From the NCBI GenBank assembly GCA_965219565.1, contig OZ244780.1, positions 1,787,672 through 1,851,671 on the forward strand: 64,000 nucleotides of DNA, given 5' to 3'. The translations under genes and the position numbers were made by a program. The notes under the pieces were generated by a model. The model had not been told where the DNA came from and did no database searches. It was given only the letters and a program-made list of their open reading frames with translations. Below, one piece after another: positions 16,955 through 26,990 of the stretch (its first letter is position 1; every line of letters starts with the position of its first letter). Source of the stretch: Dehalococcoidia bacterium. GTDB taxonomy: Bacteria > Chloroflexota > Dehalococcoidia > Lucifugimonadales > JAGWBF01.

Positions 16955-19900
16955 CCGACGGGCATTTCAGTCCTGACTGACCCTTCACCCAACAGGGATT
17001 CCAGCCGGGAGCAGAGCTCTTCCTCGTAGCCGATGGTCACCACCGGCAGATCCAAAAGCACTCTCCTGCCCTGAGTGGCGATCTCCAGTTGGACCCGATC
17101 GTTGCCGGGGTATTCCAGCATGGTCCGTATAGCTTCACGGAGCAGGTGGGTGTCCTCTTCGGCGTCGTCGGATTCGGTCATTGACACCATCACCAGGGCC
17201 CCGCTGCGCCCGTGCCCGTTGGACGAGCCGTTGTCATTGGCCTGAACAGCGGGGGCGGTGTATTCGGGTGCGTGTTCTTGAACGGAAGGTTGTTCGGAAG
17301 GCAGTGGGGGTTCTCCTTTCGGCGGCTTTTCGGTTGGAGTCACGGTAAACTGCTCGGCGGTGTAGCAATGGATGGAAATTTCATCACCGCGGGCCTTGGC
17401 CCTTCCGCTCACCAGCAGAAGCATGCCTTCTTCCCACAGGGAACCGGTCTTTTCCAGCACGTCGGGCCACGCAATGACCTCTACCCTGCCATAGACCAGG
17501 TCTAGGGTTGCGACGGCGAACGCACGCTGATCTTTAGTGTACCGTCGGGACACCGACGACACCTGCCCCAGCGCCTTGACGTTCTGGCCGTCGATTTCCA
17601 CGTCTAGCTTGTCCTGGGAGGTAATGATGTCGTCCCCCTGGACGTTGACGGCTGCTTTCCAGGGATTCTCCGTCAACGGGACTCCCAGGAGCTCCCGTTC
17701 CCATGCCACCTTCTCGCTGGGCTGAACGTCGCCGCCGCTGATGTTGATGGTCAGCGCCGTTCCGGCGGCCTCCATTTCTGGATGCGCGTCGAATAAGCTG
17801 GATTGACCGGAGGCCTTACGGCTCGACTCGGTCTGGGATAGGGAAAGAATCTGGTCCAGGGAGTTGAGGACCGCGCCCCGGTTTCCGAGACTTTCCAACG
17901 CCCCGACTTTAATCAGACTCTCAAGAGTCCGGCGGTTCAGTCCTCTCAGGTCAGCCCGCCCGCAAAAGTCCTCTATGGACTCGTATGGTCCGCCTTCCAT
18001 CCGCTCTTCTACCATGGGCTTGACGGCTCCCTCGCCGACGTTCTTGATTGCGGCCAGTCCAAAGCTCAGGCCCGGAACGCCCCTGTCGTCTTTGGTGATG
18101 GAGAAGTGGACTCCGCTGGTGTTTACATCCGGAAGAAGCACCGGGATCCCCATGCGGAAGCACTCGCTGATGGCATTCGCCGTGCGTTCCGGGTGGTCCA
18201 GGCGGGAGTTCAGCACGGACGCCATGTATTCCAGGGGATAGTTTGCCTTGAAGTACCCCGTCCAGTATGAAATCAGGGCGTAGCTTACGCTGTGGGCCTT
18301 GTTAAATGCGTATCCGGCGAAAGGTTCAATCAGATTGAATACGTCCTGGGCCAACTCTTCGCTGAAGCCCTTGCTCATGGCGCCTGCAACGAAACGGTCC
18401 CTCTCTTGGCCCATGAGTTCGGGTATCTTCTTTCCCATGGCCTTGCGTACGATGTCGGCCTGACCGAGGGAGTATCCGGCGAAGGCCTGGAGAATCAGAA
18501 GCACCTGGTCCTGGTACACGATGACGCCGTGGGTCTCCTCTAGGATGTCCTCCATGCTTGGATGGGGGTACTTGACCGTCGCCCGGCCGTGCTTCGCCTC
18601 GATGAAGGTGGTGATGTGCTCCATAGGCCCCGGACGGAAGAGGGCTATCATGGCCGATATGTCGGCCAGGCAGGAGGGTTTTAGCTCCCTGATGTAGCGC
18701 TGCATTCCCGCGCTCTCCAGCTGGAACACGTCGGAGGTGTTGCCCGAAGCGAGAAGCTCGAAAGTCTTCTGGTCATCCAGCGGGAGCCTGTAGAGGTCTA
18801 TTTTGATTCCCCGGGTAGCCTCGACCATCTTCACCGCCCGGTCCAGGATGGTGAGGTTGGTGAGTCCCAGGAAGTCCATTTTCAGCAGCCCAAGCTTCGC
18901 CACCGGGTCCATGGCGTACTGCGTCATTGCGAGGGAACCGGGGGTGTCTCCACGGACTGCCTTCTGGAGGGGCAAGTATTCGGTGAGAGGCTCGCTGGCT
19001 ATGACTACTCCGGCTGCGTGGGTGCTGGCATGGTGCACGGTGCCTTCCAAACCCATGGCTGTCTCTATGAGCTTTCCTATGGCTTCGTCCGACTCTCGCA
19101 GCTCTCTGAGTTCCGGGGTGGCGGCCAAAGCGTCTTCCAGAGTCCGGGCCTTGAATGGCACCAGCCGGGCCACCCGGTCCACGTCCGCGTAAGTCATTCC
19201 CAAGCTGCGGCCCACGTCCCTGAGGGACGCCTTGGCTCCCAGGGTGCCGAAGGTAATAATCTGGGCGACCCGGTCCTGCCCATAGCGTTCGGTGACGTAT
19301 GCCAGGACCTCGTCCCGTCGGTCGTCCTGGAAGTCCATGTCTATGTCGGGCATCTCCTTGCGCTCGATGTTCAAGAAGCGCTCGAAGACCAGTCTGTATT
19401 CCAGGGGGTCCACCTGCGTCACACCCAGGCAGTAGAGCACCAGGCTGGCGGCGGCGCTGCCTCTGACTCCAAGCACCAACTGCCTCTCGCGGACGAACGA
19501 TATGATGTCCCATACCACCAGGAAATAGTTGGCGAATTGGGTCTGCTTGATGACGTCAAGCTCGTAATCCAACCGCTGGACGGCTTCGTCACTGGGCCGT
19601 GGGTAGAGGGCCTTGAAACCCTCCCAGGCAATCTGGGCGAGGTATTCGTCGGATGTCACGCCGTCGGGAACAGGGTAGGTCGGCAGATGCAACTCCCCCA
19701 TGTCCAACGTGACGTTGCACATGTCGGCAATGCGTCCGGCGTTTTCGACAGCCTCTGGGAAATCGGGGAAGTCGGCCGCCATCTCCTCGCCGCTCTTGAG
19801 GTAATAGGAGTCGTCCTCCATCTTGAGGCGCTTCTCATCCTGGACGGTTGTGCCGGTGTGGATGCAGATGAGAACGTCCTGAAGGTATGAGTCCTCTTTC

Positions 19901-20526
19901 TCAACGTAGTGGCAGTCGTTGGTCACCACCAACGGGATGTCCAGCTTCTGGCTCATATGTATCAGGGCGTCGTTGATGGCCGGAAGTTCCTCTATGTGCT
20001 TATGGCGTTGCAGTTCCAGGAAGAACCCGTCGGGTCCCAGCAGGTCCTTGTACCAGAGGGCGGCGTTTTCCGCATCCTCAATGCGCCCGTCGGATATGAG
20101 CTTGGGGACCTCAGCCGTCGGGCATCCAGACAAGATGGTTAATCCCTCATGGTGCTGCTCCAGCAGTTCCTTGTCTATTCGCGGCTTGTAATACTGCCCT
20201 TCCATGTGGGCCGAGGTCACCAGCTTGACCAGGTTCTTATAGCCCTGGTTGTTCCTGGCAAGCACGGTCATGTGGTATGGACTGCGTTCGGACGGGCCCC
20301 GTTCGAGGCGGCTGTTGTGGGCGACGTACAGCTCGCAGCCTATGATGGGCTTGATGCCGGCTTCCTTGCAGGCTGTGTAGAACTCTACGGCCCCATAAAG
20401 GGCGCCGTGGTCGGTTATTGCCAATGAGTCCATACCCAACTCTTTGGCCTTGGCCACCAGCTTGTGGATGCGGCTGACACCGTCCAGAAGGCTGTATTCG
20501 GTATGGACGTGTAGGTGTGTGAACAT
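16951..20526 (-). CDS. dnaE: DNA polymerase III subunit alpha
   Basis: PHP N-terminus MFTHLHVHTEYSLLDG (ATG 20526), with full-length DnaE-like sequence through the OB fold and a C-terminal extension. Confidence 0.97.
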   Translation of the reverse strand: MFTHLHVHTEYSLLDGVSRIHKLVAKAKELGMDSLAITDHGALYGAVEFYTACKEAGIKPIIGCELYVAHNSRLERGPSERSPYHMTVLARNNQGYKNLVKLVTSAHMEGQYYKPRIDKELLEQHHEGLTILSGCPTAEVPKLISDGRIEDAENAALWYKDLLGPDGFFLELQRHKHIEELPAINDALIHMSQKLDIPLVVTNDCHYVEKEDSYLQDVLICIHTGTTVQDEKRLKMEDDSYYLKSGEEMAADFPDFPEAVENAGRIADMCNVTLDMGELHLPTYPVPDGVTSDEYLAQIAWEGFKALYPRPSDEAVQRLDYELDVIKQTQFANYFLVVWDIISFVRERQLVLGVRGSAAASLVLYCLGVTQVDPLEYRLVFERFLNIERKEMPDIDMDFQDDRRDEVLAYVTERYGQDRVAQIITFGTLGAKASLRDVGRSLGMTYADVDRVARLVPFKARTLEDALAATPELRELRESDEAIGKLIETAMGLEGTVHHASTHAAGVVIASEPLTEYLPLQKAVRGDTPGSLAMTQYAMDPVAKLGLLKMDFLGLTNLTILDRAVKMVEATRGIKIDLYRLPLDDQKTFELLASGNTSDVFQLESAGMQRYIRELKPSCLADISAMIALFRPGPMEHITTFIEAKHGRATVKYPHPSMEDILEETHGVIVYQDQVLLILQAFAGYSLGQADIVRKAMGKKIPELMGQERDRFVAGAMSKGFSEELAQDVFNLIEPFAGYAFNKAHSVSYALISYWTGYFKANYPLEYMASVLNSRLDHPERTANAISECFRMGIPVLLPDVNTSGVHFSITKDDRGVPGLSFGLAAIKNVGEGAVKPMVEERMEGGPYESIEDFCGRADLRGLNRRTLESLIKVGALESLGNRGAVLNSLDQILSLSQTESSRKASGQSSLFDAHPEMEAAGTALTINISGGDVQPSEKVAWERELLGVPLTENPWKAAVNVQGDDIITSQDKLDVEIDGQNVKALGQVSSVSRRYTKDQRAFAVATLDLVYGRVEVIAWPDVLEKTGSLWEEGMLLLVSGRAKARGDEISIHCYTAEQFTVTPTEKPPKGEPPLPSEQPSVQEHAPEYTAPAVQANDNGSSNGHGRSGALVMVSMTESDDAEEDTHLLREAIRTMLEYPGNDRVQLEIATQGRRVLLDLPVVTIGYEEELCSRLESLLGEGSVRTEMPVG

Positions 20527-20607
20527 AAAGTGAAGAAAGGATAAAACAGCCAAAGAACGGGCTGTCAAGGCTGTTTGGCCGGATTCCGAGGGAATCTTGG
20601 GGGCGGG

Positions 20608-23394
20608 CTATCCTGCTTGTTCGAGGTCTCCCCAATTGGGGCCCGTTTTTACGTCCACCTTTAGCGGCACGGACATGTCCATTGCGTTGGACATCTCTTC
20701 CAAGGCCAGGTCGGTGGCGGCGTCCAACTCGTCCATCGGCGCTTCGAACATGAGCTCGTCATGGACCTGAAGGAGAAGCCTAGTCCGCAGCCCCGATTCA
20801 CTCAACCGCTTGTGCACGTTTATCATTGCCAGCTTCATGATGTCAGCGGCGCCTCCCTGGATGGGCATGTTCACCGCCGCCCTTTCGGCTCCCTGGCGAA
20901 CGTTGAAATTGGAGGCGTTTATCTCAGGGATGTAACGGCGCCTGCCCAGAGGCGTGGCGACATATCCGTCCTCTCGTACTTGCTGCTTCACCGAGTCCAG
21001 GTAGTCCCGGATGCCCGGGTACTTGGAGAAGTAGTTGTCGATGAACTTCTGGCCCTCGTCGGGCGAAAACTCCGTCTGTTGGGAGATGCCGAAGGGGGAA
21101 AGTCCGTATATTACGCCGAAGTTGAGGATTTTCGAGATGCGGCGCATGTCCGATGTGACGTCTTCTAAGGGAACGTCGTACATGAGGGCGCCTGTGGCCG
21201 AGTGGATGTCCTCGCCCCGGTTGAAGGCCTCCAGCAGAGCGGCGTCCTGGGACAAATGGGCCAGCACCCTTAGCTCGATCTGGGAGTAGTCGGCTGAGAG
21301 CAGGGTCCACTCCGGGGCGTTCTCAGCCACGAAGGCCTTACGCACCTGTCGTCCTAATTCCGTGCGTACAGGAATGTTTTGGAGGTTAGGGTCGCTGCTG
21401 GAAATCCTGCCGGTGGACGAACCGGTCTGGTTGTACGACGTGTGGATGCGGCCGGTGCGTGCGTTGATAAGTTCGGGAAGGGAGTCCACGTAGGTCGACT
21501 TGATTTTGGAAAGTTGCCTGTACTCAAGCACCCCGTCGATGACGGGGTGGGCGCCCCTTAGAGCCTCCAGCGCCCCTGCATCGGTGGTGTAGCCGCCCGT
21601 CTTGGTGCGTTTTGTTTTGGGAAGTTGCAGCTCGTTGAAGAGCAGATCGCTGAGCTGTTGGGGCGAATTGATGTTGACCGTATGGCCAACGGAGTCATAT
21701 ATCGCTTGTTCAACCCTCCGCAGATGCTGGGCGAGGTCTCTCGACATCTCGTGCAGTGAGCCTACGTCCAGGCCGATTCCGTTGCGCTGCATATCCACGA
21801 GAACGGGGACGAGGGCCATCTCCATATCGGAGAACAGTTCCCATATTCCGTCCCGTTTCAGTTGTGGGTCGAAAAACGTCCTTAGTCTCCCGGTGACGTC
21901 GGAGTCCTTGGACGAATAGACGACGGCCCGCTCTATGGGCGTTTTGTCGAAAGTGATTTGCTTCCTTCCGGTCCCTATCAGCTCAGTGATTTCTTCCATT
22001 TCCACATCCAGAACCTGAAGGGCCAGGTTCTTGAGGCCAATGGCTTTTCGTCCCATGAGATGGGCAGCCACCATAGTGTCGAAGTCCACGTTGGCGACCT
22101 TGACCCCGTGATTGGCCAGGACGCTCAGGTCGTAGTTGGCGTTATGGGCGGTCTTGCCCATGCTGGGCGACTCCAGCACAGGGCGCAAGGCAGGCAGGAC
22201 CTCTTCCAAGGGAAGCTGCTCCCCTTCCTGGTGAGCTACTGGCACGTACCAACCCTTGCCGGGTTCCGTGGAAAAGCTTAACCCCACCAGTTCTGCTTTC
22301 ATGGGGTCCAGGGCCGTGGTCTCAGTGTCGAAGGCGAACCATTCTGCGCCGGACAATTCCCTGACCAACACCTCTAGCTTCTCTTTGGTGTCTACGACGG
22401 AATACTCCGTGGAGTCAGGCCCGGGGACTTGGGGCGACGGTTCATCTGCAAAAGTGGGTTGGTTTGGATTGGGAACCCTAGACGCAATGGCATTACTGAA
22501 GTCGAATTGCCTGAAAAGTTCGATAATGTCCTTCCGGTCGTATCTCCAGAACCGGCACTCCTCCAGGTCCAAGTTCACAGGGGCGTCTCTGACTATAGTG
22601 GCTAGCTCTTTGCTCAAGAATGCGGTGTCTTTGTGTTCGCGCAGGGCCTCCCTCACTCTGGTCGGTTCGACTTGGTCGAGGTTCTCGTATATGTTCTCTA
22701 TGTTGCCGTGCTCTAGGACCAGCTTGATGGCGGTCTTGTCTCCGATCGTCGGAACGCCGGGAATGTTGTCCGACGTGTCGCCTTTCAGGGCCTTGAAGTC
22801 AGGCTGTTGGTCGGGCGTCAGGCCGCCGAAACGAGCGCGGACCTCGGAGTCGCCGTATACCTTGCGGTCCTGAATGGAATGGAGGACGACCCGCACCCAG
22901 GGAGATACCAGCTGGAATGTGTCGGTGTCGCCGGTGAGAATCACCGTTTCGATTTGCTGCTGCTCGGCGGACCTGGCCAGTGTCCCAATGACGTCGTCGC
23001 CCTCGAAACCCTCTTGTTCGAATATGGGTACTTTGAATGCCCGCATCAATTCTTTCACGCGGTCGAATTGGTGGCGAAGCTCCGGCGGAGTGGACGGCCT
23101 GTGGGCCTTGTATTCCGGGAACCTCAGGCTTCTGAATGTAGGCGCGGGAAGGTCGAACGCTATGGCGCAGTGGGTGGGCGACCATTCCTGGACCGCCCGG
23201 AGAAAGGCATTGGCGAACCCGTAGACGGCGGTAACATCCTCGCCCGTCTTCCCCACGGTAAGGTGCTGTCTGACGCTTATGGCGTGGAAAGCTCTGTGCA
23301 CCTGGGCATGGCCGTCGATAATCATAAGCAACGGCTTGTCGCTGGGCATTAGCATGGGCGGAGTGCCGGAGTCTTCGCGGTGTTTCAGGGCCAT
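20608..23394 (-). CDS. polA: DNA polymerase I
   Basis: 5' nuclease, 3'-5' exonuclease and polymerase domains are present. Motif DYSQIELRVLAHLS. 928 aa. Confidence 0.97.
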   Translation of the reverse strand: MALKHREDSGTPPMLMPSDKPLLMIIDGHAQVHRAFHAISVRQHLTVGKTGEDVTAVYGFANAFLRAVQEWSPTHCAIAFDLPAPTFRSLRFPEYKAHRPSTPPELRHQFDRVKELMRAFKVPIFEQEGFEGDDVIGTLARSAEQQQIETVILTGDTDTFQLVSPWVRVVLHSIQDRKVYGDSEVRARFGGLTPDQQPDFKALKGDTSDNIPGVPTIGDKTAIKLVLEHGNIENIYENLDQVEPTRVREALREHKDTAFLSKELATIVRDAPVNLDLEECRFWRYDRKDIIELFRQFDFSNAIASRVPNPNQPTFADEPSPQVPGPDSTEYSVVDTKEKLEVLVRELSGAEWFAFDTETTALDPMKAELVGLSFSTEPGKGWYVPVAHQEGEQLPLEEVLPALRPVLESPSMGKTAHNANYDLSVLANHGVKVANVDFDTMVAAHLMGRKAIGLKNLALQVLDVEMEEITELIGTGRKQITFDKTPIERAVVYSSKDSDVTGRLRTFFDPQLKRDGIWELFSDMEMALVPVLVDMQRNGIGLDVGSLHEMSRDLAQHLRRVEQAIYDSVGHTVNINSPQQLSDLLFNELQLPKTKRTKTGGYTTDAGALEALRGAHPVIDGVLEYRQLSKIKSTYVDSLPELINARTGRIHTSYNQTGSSTGRISSSDPNLQNIPVRTELGRQVRKAFVAENAPEWTLLSADYSQIELRVLAHLSQDAALLEAFNRGEDIHSATGALMYDVPLEDVTSDMRRISKILNFGVIYGLSPFGISQQTEFSPDEGQKFIDNYFSKYPGIRDYLDSVKQQVREDGYVATPLGRRRYIPEINASNFNVRQGAERAAVNMPIQGGAADIMKLAMINVHKRLSESGLRTRLLLQVHDELMFEAPMDELDAATDLALEEMSNAMDMSVPLKVDVKTGPNWGDLEQAG

Positions 23395-23510
23395 ACGGCC
23401 TCTATTCCTGGCGTTTTGCGGCCAACTGGGGGTTCCCGCTGGTCACGACTTCATTATACACCACTGTTGTTGCGTCGGGCCGTTCAGGAATCTGGAAGAA
23501 GGCAAAACGA

Positions 23511-23543
23511 AAGCCTCCCCGCAACCGTACCGCGGGGAGGCTT
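23511..23543 (-). terminator. Intrinsic terminator after the coiled-coil gene
   Basis: 12-bp stem AAGCCTCCCCGC / GCGGGGAGGCTT with a 9-nt loop. On the minus strand it is followed by TCGTTTTGCC. Confidence 0.6.
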
Positions 23544-23589
23544 CGATGACATCTGACGTATGATTCCTGTGGGGACGGGGAACCTGTGG

Positions 23590-24075
23590 CTACACGTGGA
23601 CCGCACTGGAAAGGCTATCGATTCCCTTCCTGACGGAGCCTAGAATCTGTGTTGCCTCTCGCTCCAGGTTCTTGAGTGAGTCGATGACGTATGCGTCGGA
23701 GTCGGAGCGGGTCCTCCGTGATTCTATTTCTGCGTGGTCGACCATGCGGCTGGCCTTTTGCTCTGCTTCGGCCAAGAGGTCTTCAGACTGACGGCGCGCC
23801 GTGACCAGCAGTTCGTTCTGGTCCAGCTTGGCGGCGTAGTCGTCCTCGGCCTCGTTCCTTATCCTGCGGGCTTCTATCTGGGCCTGGGCCAGGATGGAGT
23901 CTTTTTTCTCTATTACTTCCTGGGCGGCGCGCATGTCCTGAGGTATCGCCAACCTTAGCTGCTCCACTAGCTTGAGAAGTTTGTCTTCCTCTACGATTCG
24001 CGCCTTGGTCCCGGGCATCCTCTTAGAAGTCTCCACCAGGGCCTCGACTCTATCGATTATGTTGGTAATGTCCAT
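23590..24075 (-). CDS. Coiled-coil protein (ATP synthase b/E-subunit-like), function unknown
   Basis: 161 aa, highly helical and charged sequence. AAGGAG RBS. Lies downstream of coaD. Confidence 0.6.
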   Translation of the reverse strand: MDITNIIDRVEALVETSKRMPGTKARIVEEDKLLKLVEQLRLAIPQDMRAAQEVIEKKDSILAQAQIEARRIRNEAEDDYAAKLDQNELLVTARRQSEDLLAEAEQKASRMVDHAEIESRRTRSDSDAYVIDSLKNLEREATQILGSVRKGIDSLSSAVHV

Positions 24076-24109
24076 GTCCGGCTCCTTGAATAAATTGGCT
24101 TAAGGCTTC

Positions 24110-24595
24110 TTAGGCTCTGGAATCAAGTCTGGCTCGTACGGCTTCGATGACGTGGTTGGGCAGCAGATTGGATACGTCTCCTTCAAGGCCTATCACTTCT
24201 TTCAAGAGGCTTGAGCTGACGTAGTGATACTGCAAGCTGGCCATCAGGCAAACGGTCTCGATATCGGGAGCCAGCTTCTTGTTCATAAAGGCCATTTCGA
24301 ATTCATACTCGAAGTCCGAACCGCGGCGAAGTCCTTTTACAATAGCTTTAGCGCCGAGGCGCCTGGCCGCTTCTACAACCAGGCCACTAAAGGATTTAAC
24401 CTCCACGTTGGGTATGTGATGTATTGCATCGCGAAACAGCTCTACTCGCTCCTCGGTGTTGAACAAGAGCCGCTTGCTGGGTGTGTCGTAAACTGCGACT
24501 ATTACTTTCTCGAAGATGTTCGATGCCCGTGTGGCTACGTCGACGTGCCCCAGGGTAACCGGGTCGAATGAGCCAGGGTACAGGGCAACGGCCAT
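24110..24595 (-). CDS. coaD: Phosphopantetheine adenylyltransferase
   Basis: N-terminus MAVALYPGSFDPVTLGHVDV. 161 aa. Confidence 0.95.
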   Translation of the reverse strand: MAVALYPGSFDPVTLGHVDVATRASNIFEKVIVAVYDTPSKRLLFNTEERVELFRDAIHHIPNVEVKSFSGLVVEAARRLGAKAIVKGLRRGSDFEYEFEMAFMNKKLAPDIETVCLMASLQYHYVSSSLLKEVIGLEGDVSNLLPNHVIEAVRARLDSRA

Positions 24596-25144
24596 TTAAC
24601 GCCCCCCTTTCAAGTAGAAGTCCACCATGCTGTCTCCGTATCGGTGGCTGCTGGTTCTTTCCATGTTGGCGTACTGGTCCATCAGGGTTAGCCTCTTCGA
24701 ATGCCCCACCACTAGGACTGCATCGTCCTCCAGCAGGTCCGAGTCTCCCAGCGCGTCGAGGACTTGGCCCACCGTCTGGAGCTTGTAGGGCGGGTCCATC
24801 AGCGCCAGAGAGTAGGGCCCATCCAAGTTTTGCAGGGCCTTGACGACGTCTATGCAATGCACTTTCGCGCTGTTGGTCATCCGAACAGTCTCCAGATTCT
24901 CTTTGAGAACCTCACACTGCCTCGGATGTCGTTCCACGAAGTCCACCCATTCAACTCCACGGCTCAATGCTTCTATTCCCAATGACCCGGACCCTGCGAA
25001 GAGGTCCATCGCGCGGGCGATGCTGTCCAGGGGGCCGAGAATGTTAAAGATGGCTCCCCTTACCAACTCGGAGGTGGGTCTCACCCCAGGGGCTGCGGCG
25101 CCTTTTAGACGCCTGCCTTTGAGGCCCCCTCCGACCACTCGCAT
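24596..25144 (-). CDS. rsmD: 16S rRNA (guanine966-N2)-methyltransferase
   Basis: DLFAGSGSLGIEALSRG and DPPY motifs. Abuts coaD with no gap. Confidence 0.9.
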   Translation of the reverse strand: MRVVGGGLKGRRLKGAAAPGVRPTSELVRGAIFNILGPLDSIARAMDLFAGSGSLGIEALSRGVEWVDFVERHPRQCEVLKENLETVRMTNSAKVHCIDVVKALQNLDGPYSLALMDPPYKLQTVGQVLDALGDSDLLEDDAVLVVGHSKRLTLMDQYANMERTSSHRYGDSMVDFYLKGGR

Positions 25145-25293
25145 AATTCAGGAAGTATACAGGCGTCATTCACGGAGGGTAAAGGAGATTTCAAAGCCAG
25201 TTTTTGCGTTTTCTTAGATTATTCCGTGTTTTGCAGTTGGCTGGCATAGATGCTCGCACCGTACATGGAGGCAAAGAACTAGTGCGCCTTTCG

Positions 25294-25323
25294 TTGACTT
25301 GGTTGCGGCTGGCGTGCTAATGT
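25294..25323 (+). promoter_or_regulatory. Promoter candidate for the thi operon leader
   Basis: TTGACT-N18-(TGc)TAATGT, just upstream of the riboswitch. Confidence 0.4.
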
Positions 25324-25354
25324 GATTGGCACAAAGCCCCAGTCCAAAATTCCA

Positions 25355-25450
25355 TTTCGGGAGCTTGGGAAGCCAGGCTGAGAGGGTGGCCGATTCGTCA
25401 CCGACCGTCCAAACCTGATCCGGGTAATGCCGGCGAAGGGAGGAGACGCG
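25355..25450 (+). promoter_or_regulatory. TPP (THI-box) riboswitch
   Basis: Conserved cores GGCTGAGAGG and AACCTGATCCGGGTAATGCCGGCGAAGGGA lie upstream of thiG. Confidence 0.9.
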
Positions 25451-25466
25451 GAACCGGAAGCCACTG

Positions 25467-25495
25467 CCGCCAGGCGACCCCTGGCGGTTTTTGAT
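25467..25495 (+). terminator. Riboswitch expression-platform terminator
   Basis: CCGCCAGG-cgacc-CCTGGCGG followed by TTTTTGATTTT, 23 nt before the thiG ATG. Confidence 0.75.
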
Positions 25496-25517
25496 TTTAG
25501 TGTTACGGGAGGCGGCC

Positions 25518-26309
25518 ATGGAGGACCCTCTTATCATCGCGGGCAAGGAATTCGGCTCCCGGCTCATACTTGGCACGGGCCGCCACCGCACCAATGAAGA
25601 AATGGTCGAGTCCGTTGAACAATCGGGAACGGAGATGGTCACAGTCGCCATCCGCCGCCTCGACCTGGACGACCCCAACAAGAAGACCATCCTGGACTAC
25701 ATCGATTGGACCAAGTACCAGATTCTGCCCAACACCGCTGGATGCAGGACGGTGGAAGAGGCGCTGTTTATTGCTAAGCTGGGCCGTTCCGTCACCAATT
25801 CCAACTGGGTGAAGCTGGAGGTCATACCCGACGCCAAATATCTTCTGCCGGATCCCATAGGCACGTTGGAGGCCGCTGAGAAGCTGGTGGCCGAGGGCTT
25901 TGTAGTGCTGCCCTACATCCACGCCGACCCGGTTTTGGCCAAGAGATTAGAGGAAGCCGGGTGCGCCACGGTCATGCCGCTGGGTTCGGCCATAGGCTCC
26001 GGCCAGGGAATTCACACCGCGGAAGAGGTGCGGATAATCATAGAGCAAGCAAACATCCCCGTGGTCGTCGACGCAGGACTGGGCGTTCCATCCGACGCAT
26101 CCCAGGCGTTGGAGATGGGAGCTGACGCTGTATTGGTCAACACTGCCATCGCCCAGGCCCATGACCCGGGCAAGATGGGCGAGGCGTTCAAGAAGGGCGT
26201 TGAGGCAGGTAGGATGGCTTACCTGGCGGGCAGAATCCCCAAGCAGGCCTACGCCGCTGCCTCCAGCCCGACCGAGGACGTACCCCAGCCGATGGGGGTT
26301 TCAAGCTAA
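25518..26309 (+). CDS. thiG: Thiazole synthase
   Basis: ThiG-like throughout (…[14 protein letters not shown]…VLVNTAIA…). GGGAGG RBS. ATG 25518 was preferred over ORF-track start 25491. Confidence 0.95.
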   Translation: MEDPLIIAGKEFGSRLILGTGRHRTNEEMVESVEQSGTEMVTVAIRRLDLDDPNKKTILDYIDWTKYQILPNTAGCRTVEEALFIAKLGRSVTNSNWVKLEVIPDAKYLLPDPIGTLEAAEKLVAEGFVVLPYIHADPVLAKRLEEAGCATVMPLGSAIGSGQGIHTAEEVRIIIEQANIPVVVDAGLGVPSDASQALEMGADAVLVNTAIAQAHDPGKMGEAFKKGVEAGRMAYLAGRIPKQAYAAASSPTEDVPQPMGVSS

Positions 26310-26311
26310 CT

Positions 26312-26989
26312 GTGGCCCTGGAACTGCCTGCTCCTGTCCTGTGCTTAGTCACCGACCGCCGAATATGCGGCGACGACCGCAATGAACTCGTGGAGCGTGT
26401 TCGACGGGCGGTGGACGGCGGCGTGAATATGGTCCAACTGAGAGAGAAGGATATGCCCGGCGGACGGCTCTTGGAGCTCGCTCAGATGCTCAGGGGTGTG
26501 ACCGCGGGGCGGGCGCTGTTCATTGTCAATGAACGGGCGGACGTTACGTTGGCGTCAGAGGCCGACGGCGTCCAACTAGGAGAAGATGCTTTGCCCGTCC
26601 AGGCCGCCCGAAGGCTTGCGTCCCAGATTCTCGTAGGCCGCTCGGTGCACGACTCTCAAGGCGCCGCGGAGGCCGAACGGGCGGGGGCCGATTTTTTGGT
26701 GGTGGGGACAATCTACAAATCGCCGTCCCATAAAGGCGGCGCTGAAGCAGGTCCCGAACTTATCCGGGCCATAAAAAGCGTTTCTGGGCTGCCTACTCTG
26801 GGTATCGGCGGAGTAACGGTCGAAAATGCTGGGGAAGTCATCAATGCTGGCGCTGCAGGCGTGGCAGTTATAAGCGCTGTTCTGGGGGCTGAAAGGCCCG
26901 AGAAGGCCGCAAAAGAGCTTATGGCCGCGATGGAGAAAGCCGAACGAGAATCGACCGAGCCTGCCCGGACAAGCGGAGTACGGGGCTGA
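26312..26989 (+). CDS. thiE: Thiamine-phosphate synthase
   Basis: GVNMVQLREKD and other ThiE-like regions. GTG start lies 2 nt after the thiG stop. Confidence 0.9.
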   Translation: MALELPAPVLCLVTDRRICGDDRNELVERVRRAVDGGVNMVQLREKDMPGGRLLELAQMLRGVTAGRALFIVNERADVTLASEADGVQLGEDALPVQAARRLASQILVGRSVHDSQGAAEAERAGADFLVVGTIYKSPSHKGGAEAGPELIRAIKSVSGLPTLGIGGVTVENAGEVINAGAAGVAVISAVLGAERPEKAAKELMAAMEKAERESTEPARTSGVRG

Positions 26990-26990
26990 G

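Noticed and set aside
18773-19890. 246-aa (-) off-frame ORF and 290-aa (+) antisense ORF inside dnaE
   Set aside because: Both lie within the unmistakable DnaE reading frame and have a biased Arg/Pro/Gly composition.
25214-25690. 158-aa minus-strand ORF spanning the thi leader
   Set aside because: The region is explained by the promoter, the TPP riboswitch, the terminator and the 5' end of thiG.
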